Of a DNA stretch of 32,277 nucleotides, positions 25,749 through 32,277 are shown piece after piece. The translations under genes were made by a program, and so were the position numbers. Position 1 is the first letter of the stretch. Each line of letters begins with the position of its first letter. Source of the DNA: a virus (Duplodnaviria; Caudoviricetes). Location: positions 1 through 32,277 of IMG/VR virus record IMGVR_UViG_3300033562_002506, one strand, 5' to 3'. The notes under the pieces were generated by a model. It was given only the letters and a program-made list of their open reading frames with translations. It made no database searches and was not told the origin of the DNA.

Positions 25749-28700
25749 ATGGGAAAGAAACTCACCGAAGATGAAATCAAATGGATCCTTTCTGTTGAAA
25801 GCTCAGAAGCTCAGCAGGAAATTCACAAATTGACTCAGGCTAATAAAGATTTAGCCAAGGCAAATAAGGCTCGTTTAGAGCAAATGATTCGTCTGGAATC
25901 CCAGGGTAAAAAAGATACTGCAGAATGGAAGGAGCTTGATAAGATTATAAAGCAGAATACCCAATCGATAAGCAAGAATAAAGAAATGATTTCTCAGCTG
26001 GAGGGGAAAATGAAGATCACAGAGCTGACCATGTCCCAGCTTAGAAAGAAAGCCCGCGACTTGCAACGGCAACTTGATGATACGGTCAAAGCTACGCATC
26101 CAGAAGAATGGAATCGACTTGATAAAGACCTAAAGACTGTCAGATCTCGAATGGATGAGCTTAAAAGCTCCTCGAAAAATGTAGGGGAAGGGTTCGGTAA
26201 GATTGGGAACACTCTAAAAGCTGCAGGGATTGCTGCCGTAGCTGCTATTGCATTTAAAGTTGTGTCGTCTCTATTCTCTAAGATGAAAGAGTTAACTACG
26301 CAAAGTCTTGAGATGGCCACTACTGCTGACGGTGTTGTGCATGCCTTTGATAAACTTAACCGTCCGGATATCCTTGATGATTTACGTGAAGCGACCAACA
26401 ATACCGTCAATGATCTTACTCTGATGAAAGCTTCAGTCAAAGCCGATGACCTTGGACTTTCCTTCGACGAATTGGCCAACTATCTCGCTTTGGCAGAAAT
26501 GCAGGCTGAAAAGACGGGGGAGTCCATAGATGACCTGATGGATAAGTTGCTTAAGGGTATTGCTCGCCAATCATCAAAATCGCTGATAAACTTAGGCATA
26601 TCTAAATCCGAAATTGAGGCCAAGAAAAAAGAAACAGGAGACTTCATGTCGGCAATCAATGCCATTGTCAAACAGCGTCTTCAAGAACAGGGTGATGATT
26701 ACCAATCTGCAGGTGACCGCGAAGAACAACAAATGGTAAGACTCCAGAATGCCCAGCTGGAACTTGGAAAAAATTTGTTGCCGCTGAAGGAAAAGTGGGA
26801 CCGGTTCTGGACATCGGTACAAGTTGGCGGCCTTCAGGCCATTGCTACTTTTGGAAAGCTCACCAATTCCACCAAAAATGCAAATGATAGATTCAGTTCT
26901 CAATTCGATATTGTCAAAAATCTGCAATCAACAATCATACCCTTGACAAGCAGATATGAGGAGCTGAATAAGAAAACAAATAAATCCGCTGAAGAGCACA
27001 AAGAATTAAAAACTATCATCGGCCAGATTTCCACTGCTGTACCAACTGCCGTATCAAAATGGGATCAGTATGGTAATGCCATTGAGATCAGCACCGATAA
27101 GGTAAAACGCTTTTTAGAGCTTCAAAAGGCTGGTTTGAAACTGATGAATAGAGATCTTATCCGGCAGGCAGAGAATGAAAAGAAGAAGGCTCAGAGTGAC
27201 GTTGCCACTTTTACTGAAATGTATAATAAAGGCCATTACATGGGTAAAAACGGATTGTACGGAACGAGCAATATCGCCTATACTCCTGAAGAGATGGCTA
27301 ACCTAAAAAAGAAAATTGATGAAGCCGCTGCCATAATTAAGGAATCTAATGATGCCATTATGATGCTGAATGGCGACTCCATTGAACAGCAGATAAATGC
27401 CGCCATTGAGAAAGATAATAAACTGCAGGCTCAAAAAGAGACCTTCAACAAAATGAATAAGGCACAATTGACTTCATGGCTGAAGGATGAAAAGAATGCC
27501 GCTAATGAGTATCGTTCAATCGCTCGCGACATCTTTGATTCCAAATTTGGCGAATCTGAGGGCAGTGGAGATAAGAACAAAAAGGATCCATACAAAGACC
27601 GTCTTGATGCTCTTGATGCCGAATTGCTGAAGGAACAGGTATTGCTCAAGCAGTCAAAAAAAACAAAAGAGGAAGTTGATAATGAATTGATCGCACTCGA
27701 AGTTAAATACCTGGAGAAAAAACGTGATCTGTATAAAGCCGATACAGCTGGGTATAATGACTATCAAAACCAATTACTGGATATTGCACGAAATAAGCAA
27801 CTGACTGCAAACACAGCACTTCTTAAAGGCATCGAGGATGGCCATAAGTCAGTTATTGCTTCAACAAATGCATACGAGCAGGCCCGCCTTTTGTTCCTGG
27901 ATAATTCACTGGAAAAAAAAATAATAACCCAGGATCAATACAATGCTGCAGTCATTGCCCTTGATATTGTCCTGGCTGAACGACGTCTAAAGGAAGCCCA
28001 AGAATATGCTGAGTTGATTCGTGGTACAACCTACAATACAGAAGCCGACAAAAAACAAGCCGTTGCAGCCGCTACCGAAGCTGAAACTGCCGCCAATATT
28101 GCACTTAATACAGCCAAGCGTAATCAGACAGCTGCCGAAATAAAAGCGACCAAGGAACACCAGGACAAGCTCGAACAAATGCGCCGTGAACTTGGTCTCG
28201 ACAAGGAAAAGCTATCATACAAAGCCGGACTGATCGCACTTAAGGAAAAGCTTAAAGATGCTGAATCGACAGAAAAGCAAAGTGCTGATGCTATCCTAGC
28301 ATACAAACTCCAAAAAGCTGGAGAGTATGCTTCACAAGCCAGTGCCCTGGCCAATACGGTAGCCACCGCCATCGGTGCCCTTCAGCAATCTGAAATGGAT
28401 CAACTGGATGCCAAATACGATGTTGAGATAGCCGGAGCACAGGGAAACACCAAAAAGGTAGAGAAACTCGAAAAGGAAAAGGAAAAGAAGAAACTGGATA
28501 TTCAGAAAAAATATGCCGACGCCCAGTTTGCTGTCAAAACTTCCCAGATTGTAGCTGACACCGCTGTCTCTATTATGAGAGGCTTCGCCGATCTTGGCCC
28601 CATCGCAGGTGCAATAGCTGCCGTATTTCTTGGCATTGCCGGTGCTGCACAGTTCAAATCGGCCAAAGCAGAACGTGATAAAATAAAGAACATGAAAGTT

Positions 28701-29207
28701 GCCGGTGCCGAAACCGGTGGATACCTCGACGTAACCCGCGCTCAAGATGGAAAGGTGTATCGTAATGCCATCATCGATCCTGACAAGCGCGGTTACGTTG
28801 ACCGGCCAACGATACTTGCCGGTGAAGGTGGACCAGGTAAATCCCTCGAGTGGGTTGCTTCCAATCAAGCAATGAGGAACCCAACTGTCGCTTCCTTCAT
28901 TAATATCCTGGACAAACATCAGCAAGCCGGCACCATCCGTACCCTGGACATGAACCAACTCATTCGTGCCAACATGGCCGGATATGCCACCGGTGGATTC
29001 ATATCCAAATCAAGCTCCAGCTCCAGTGACCCCCGCTTCACACCAACCCAACCAATGGATTCAGCCATTTATGAACGCCTTGCCTTGATACTAGAAGACC
29101 TGCAGACCAATGGTCTCCCATCCTTCATGGTTCTCAGCCAGTTTGAAAAAACACTGGCCATGCGTGACAAAGCCAGAAACATTGGATCCAAAAACCGCAA
29201 GTCATGA
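25749..29207 (+). CDS. tail tape measure protein
   Basis: 1152 aa, coiled-coil and Ala/Lys/Glu-rich, hydrophobic patches (IAAVAAIAF; GPIAGAIAAVFLGIAG), C-terminal GYATGG and AGEGG..EWV motifs. Confidence 0.85.
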   Translation: MGKKLTEDEIKWILSVESSEAQQEIHKLTQANKDLAKANKARLEQMIRLESQGKKDTAEWKELDKIIKQNTQSISKNKEMISQLEGKMKITELTMSQLRKKARDLQRQLDDTVKATHPEEWNRLDKDLKTVRSRMDELKSSSKNVGEGFGKIGNTLKAAGIAAVAAIAFKVVSSLFSKMKELTTQSLEMATTADGVVHAFDKLNRPDILDDLREATNNTVNDLTLMKASVKADDLGLSFDELANYLALAEMQAEKTGESIDDLMDKLLKGIARQSSKSLINLGISKSEIEAKKKETGDFMSAINAIVKQRLQEQGDDYQSAGDREEQQMVRLQNAQLELGKNLLPLKEKWDRFWTSVQVGGLQAIATFGKLTNSTKNANDRFSSQFDIVKNLQSTIIPLTSRYEELNKKTNKSAEEHKELKTIIGQISTAVPTAVSKWDQYGNAIEISTDKVKRFLELQKAGLKLMNRDLIRQAENEKKKAQSDVATFTEMYNKGHYMGKNGLYGTSNIAYTPEEMANLKKKIDEAAAIIKESNDAIMMLNGDSIEQQINAAIEKDNKLQAQKETFNKMNKAQLTSWLKDEKNAANEYRSIARDIFDSKFGESEGSGDKNKKDPYKDRLDALDAELLKEQVLLKQSKKTKEEVDNELIALEVKYLEKKRDLYKADTAGYNDYQNQLLDIARNKQLTANTALLKGIEDGHKSVIASTNAYEQARLLFLDNSLEKKIITQDQYNAAVIALDIVLAERRLKEAQEYAELIRGTTYNTEADKKQAVAAATEAETAANIALNTAKRNQTAAEIKATKEHQDKLEQMRRELGLDKEKLSYKAGLIALKEKLKDAESTEKQSADAILAYKLQKAGEYASQASALANTVATAIGALQQSEMDQLDAKYDVEIAGAQGNTKKVEKLEKEKEKKKLDIQKKYADAQFAVKTSQIVADTAVSIMRGFADLGPIAGAIAAVFLGIAGAAQFKSAKAERDKIKNMKVAGAETGGYLDVTRAQDGKVYRNAIIDPDKRGYVDRPTILAGEGGPGKSLEWVASNQAMRNPTVASFINILDKHQQAGTIRTLDMNQLIRANMAGYATGGFISKSSSSSSDPRFTPTQPMDSAIYERLALILEDLQTNGLPSFMVLSQFEKTLAMRDKARNIGSKNRKS

Positions 29208-31231
29208 AAGTAACGAATAATGCTACCGGAAAAGTCTACATGCTTTATCCGAACACCGAACTGCAGATTGAACGCACCAACCCATTTTTCAACAGCTACG
29301 GTGAGCAGTCTCTTCCCATTTCCATCCCGACAGAACAGAATAGCGAACAGCTCGGTAACCCACAAGATCCCAACAATAAAGCCAAACCATCACAGAGCAC
29401 CGTCGTGACAATCTCCGACGGTGATTACATCCAACAAGCAAGGCAAGCCATTCTATCCAGCCAACAAAAGAAAAGCACCGCCATGGCATTCTACATCAAC
29501 GAAGGAGCATTCTATGCAGCCATGCCCGACACCAAGGTAAAGACCATTTTTGGAGATGAAACCGTTCCAGGAATTTCAACAATTGCCCAAGCTATTACCT
29601 TCTGCCGCTCACTTCTTACAGGTAATGACGAACGCTTCACCATCTTCCCCGTTCTTATCGATGGCGCAACCGATACTGAGAAACGCTGGATCAACCGACT
29701 CGACTTTCTCGACGCTCAAGGGGACTACCTTGAAGGTCGATATCGCGCAGAGCCACTTTATAATGTTGGTCTTACCCCGAATTTTTACAACGCATTCATC
29801 CGGAGCGAACTCATCGATGAAGAAACCTTTACCATTCCTGCAGGAACCTACATGTCCCCATTCATGAAAGGCAATTATCTGCTGAAACGTATTTTCCAAT
29901 ACTTCGGATATACCCTTGACAACTCCTTTCTGAACGATGAACCCTTCGCCTCCATGGTGTTCATCAACAATACCGCCGATACATTGGCCAAGGGAGTCAT
30001 CCGTTTTTCCGATATCGTTCCAACTTTGACCTGCAGCGACATTTTGAACATTTACCGTGGCAAATTCCATGGAGAATTTATACCCGACGAACTGAACAAA
30101 ACCATCCGCTTCATCCAGTTCGACACACCCTTATCCACGCCGGCCAGCGTTGACCTTTCCAACAACTTAACCTCGAAACCAATTATTGGGTTCCCGGAGA
30201 AATACAAACAGATCCGTCTCTCATCTGCCGACATCATTTCCGACAATGATACGGATGAATTCGACAATGTTCCGGCACTGCTCGCCGCTTTCCCTACTGC
30301 TCAACTGGAGAAGGTTGATAAATGCTTTTACAGAACTGGTTTTTTAAAAGGCATCATCAACTATGATAGGGTAGGGATGTCATCCATTCCATACCAGGAC
30401 ACACTGACACTGGAAATAGAAGACATCTCAATTCCAGACTGCATGCCGGTCATGATACCAACGGATGTTGTCGCATACGATACCAGTGAAGGTACACGCA
30501 TGTCTCCACACTACATTCCAATGCCTTACATTGGCGTAGGGAACTTCCTAAACTCTAAACTTAAGAGTGACATAACCGATGATACCATCGTCGAAACCGT
30601 AACCGCATCCACCACCGCCGAACAAAAGGCCATCCTAGCGTTCAACTACGATGGAAACGCTCATGGCTACCGACTTGGAACCATTTCCGATTACAATTAC
30701 TTAAGTGTGAAACTTTGGGATTACGCCCTCTGTTACAACGGTCCAGACGGCCTCTTTGAAAAGTTCTATCGTAAACACGACGACCTGTTGAGAAATAGCC
30801 TGCACACTTATCGTGCCGAACTCCTATTGACCAACTTGCTAAAACGCTCCATCCCGGCACACGAAAAAATAATCATCAACGGAATGGAGCTGCTCATCAA
30901 TTCACTCAAGTATAAAATTGGTGGATCCAGTGATCCTGAAGAATCTGATTTTTTTACTACCCACCTATATACTCCAATCAATTCAGCCATTGATGAAGCA
31001 ACTAGGTTGGCTCCCCCAACTTATAGATGGTCCGCAACCATAATAAGAACAGAAATTACTCAGGCACAATATAATGCGTCTCCATATAAAGACCTGGTAA
31101 ATCCAATTTTCTTTCCAAATCACCCCACTGCGATTGGACAAGTTCTCAACTTTTACACAGCGTATAGTCCGAGTGAACGTAACCCCTCCTATTCATTATT
31201 AACCTACCGATACACCTCCGTGGCCAACTAA
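29204..31231 (+). CDS. minor tail/baseplate protein
   Basis: 675 aa with ATGA overlap to the TMP; N-terminal IERTNPFF...SLP motif; position typical of a distal tail or hub protein. Confidence 0.65.
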   Translation: MKVTNNATGKVYMLYPNTELQIERTNPFFNSYGEQSLPISIPTEQNSEQLGNPQDPNNKAKPSQSTVVTISDGDYIQQARQAILSSQQKKSTAMAFYINEGAFYAAMPDTKVKTIFGDETVPGISTIAQAITFCRSLLTGNDERFTIFPVLIDGATDTEKRWINRLDFLDAQGDYLEGRYRAEPLYNVGLTPNFYNAFIRSELIDEETFTIPAGTYMSPFMKGNYLLKRIFQYFGYTLDNSFLNDEPFASMVFINNTADTLAKGVIRFSDIVPTLTCSDILNIYRGKFHGEFIPDELNKTIRFIQFDTPLSTPASVDLSNNLTSKPIIGFPEKYKQIRLSSADIISDNDTDEFDNVPALLAAFPTAQLEKVDKCFYRTGFLKGIINYDRVGMSSIPYQDTLTLEIEDISIPDCMPVMIPTDVVAYDTSEGTRMSPHYIPMPYIGVGNFLNSKLKSDITDDTIVETVTASTTAEQKAILAFNYDGNAHGYRLGTISDYNYLSVKLWDYALCYNGPDGLFEKFYRKHDDLLRNSLHTYRAELLLTNLLKRSIPAHEKIIINGMELLINSLKYKIGGSSDPEESDFFTTHLYTPINSAIDEATRLAPPTYRWSATIIRTEITQAQYNASPYKDLVNPIFFPNHPTAIGQVLNFYTAYSPSERNPSYSLLTYRYTSVAN

Positions 31232-31233
31232 CT

Positions 31234-31268
31234 GTCCTTTTTATAAATCTGCACCTCCAATACCTTTG
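31234..31268 (+). promoter_or_regulatory. putative late promoter (GTCCT-N22-TACCTTTG)
   Basis: Same geometry; 17 nt before ATG 31286. Confidence 0.6.
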
Positions 31269-31285
31269 TTCAAAACCTACAAATA

Positions 31286-32277
31286 ATGACCATCGTAAGC
31301 CAACCCACATCCCTGGAGCTTTCCGGTAACCTTCCAAAATTCGTCATTGCCTCTGCAGAGGCATTCACGTTCAAATTGAAAAAAGGCGAAACCGTACTCC
31401 TGGAACGTTCTTATGATCCAGGTACTGCCGGACAGGTTGAGATTGACGTTCGCGATATCGTGGAAGCCAACCTTTCCTTCACCCTACAGGACGCCTCCGT
31501 TTCCTACGTTCAGACAGATATCGCAGCAACCTTCACTGCCGAAATCGGCGCCACCACCGTCACTTTTAAAGTGATCCGTGCCGGTGTTGAGAACTTCAGC
31601 GACACTGCCGCCAATTTCCTGACCGCCAACTGGCTCACCTGGCAACCTCAGATCAAGAAAGTTTCCTACTTCACGCCTGAGTTTCTCACCTACTACGCCC
31701 TAGTTGCCAGCGTTGTCAAATGCAAAGCCTACTTTGCCGACAATACCACTGAAACCATCACCCTGGAATCAGATGCAGCTGGATCAGCGTACACCATCCC
31801 ACTTCAGTACGCTCTGATCAACTCCAAGTTGACCAAAAAATTACCATGCTATTTTGATGTTTGGGTAGAAAATGCAACCGGCGACCGGCTTACCTATATC
31901 CAGCGTTTCACCGCCTCCAACAAACTGAGCGAAGACGAACAATGGATACTATTCGAGAACTCTCTTGGTGGATGCGATACTGCCCGTTGTTACGGTCTTA
32001 TTGGCTTCAATGGCCAGCATACCCACAACCTGGCTGAGATTGACGAAGAATCCCAGGAGTATAGAGTCGATACCCTTCGCAAGTACAAAAAGAACACCGG
32101 TTCCCTGGACGAATATGAACGCCGCTGGATGCTGGACTTCTTTCCATCCAAAGGAAAGTTCATCTATGCCGACTCCGCTATCCGGAAGATCGTCGTTGTT
32201 GAGTCCGATGTCACCTACGACTCGAAGGACCTTCCATCCAGTTACAACTTTACCTTCCAATATGCAACTGCAAAACC
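31286..32277 (+). CDS. tail protein, 3'-truncated (absent from the ORF track)
   Basis: ATG 31286 (MTIVSQPTSLELSGNL...WLTWQPQ...); the same frame reads DLPSSYNFTFQYATAK at the window end. Confidence 0.75.
   Translation, partial: MTIVSQPTSLELSGNLPKFVIASAEAFTFKLKKGETVLLERSYDPGTAGQVEIDVRDIVEANLSFTLQDASVSYVQTDIAATFTAEIGATTVTFKVIRAGVENFSDTAANFLTANWLTWQPQIKKVSYFTPEFLTYYALVASVVKCKAYFADNTTETITLESDAAGSAYTIPLQYALINSKLTKKLPCYFDVWVENATGDRLTYIQRFTASNKLSEDEQWILFENSLGGCDTARCYGLIGFNGQHTHNLAEIDEESQEYRVDTLRKYKKNTGSLDEYERRWMLDFFPSKGKFIYADSAIRKIVVVESDVTYDSKDLPSSYNFTFQYATAK

Noticed and set aside
29204-32277. Additional DGR VR in the tail genes
   Set aside because: No match to the TR seen by eye in this window; tail-fibre genes beyond the window cannot be assessed.

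Overview
The window is a single-strand (+) segment of a tailed, probably temperate siphovirus or prophage of a Bacteroidota host, judged from TAnnTTTG-type -7 promoter boxes and gene content. In order it carries: (1) a 5'-truncated DnaG-like primase fused to a P-loop ATPase, plus small early genes; (2) a diversity-generating retroelement (DGR) with two small tandem paralogous target genes (VR1 4998-5078, VR2 5395-5478), an 84-bp template repeat (5576-5659), a reverse transcriptase (5761-6747), no recognisable avd, and a small ORF overlapping the RT 3' end; (3) a PP-loop/PAPS-reductase-like gene; (4) an iteron-rich putative origin with 12 GTCATACA copies inside a perfect 33-bp inverted repeat; (5) morphogenesis genes (S49 protease, probable capsid, tail-tube-like gene, a frameshift-linked ORF pair, terminase, portal, neck); (6) a lysis cassette; (7) an AT-rich membrane-anchored BRCT moron and a structured-RNA/sRNA region; (8) tape measure and tail genes running off the 3' end. 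The main highlight is that the DGR appears to diversify two small, apparently cytoplasmic early-region proteins rather than a tail fibre. Also notable are a fixed-spacing GTCCT-N22-TAnnTTyG putative late-promoter motif (5 copies) and a candidate antisense sRNA. Product calls come from motifs read by eye and from gene order; no database searches were run.
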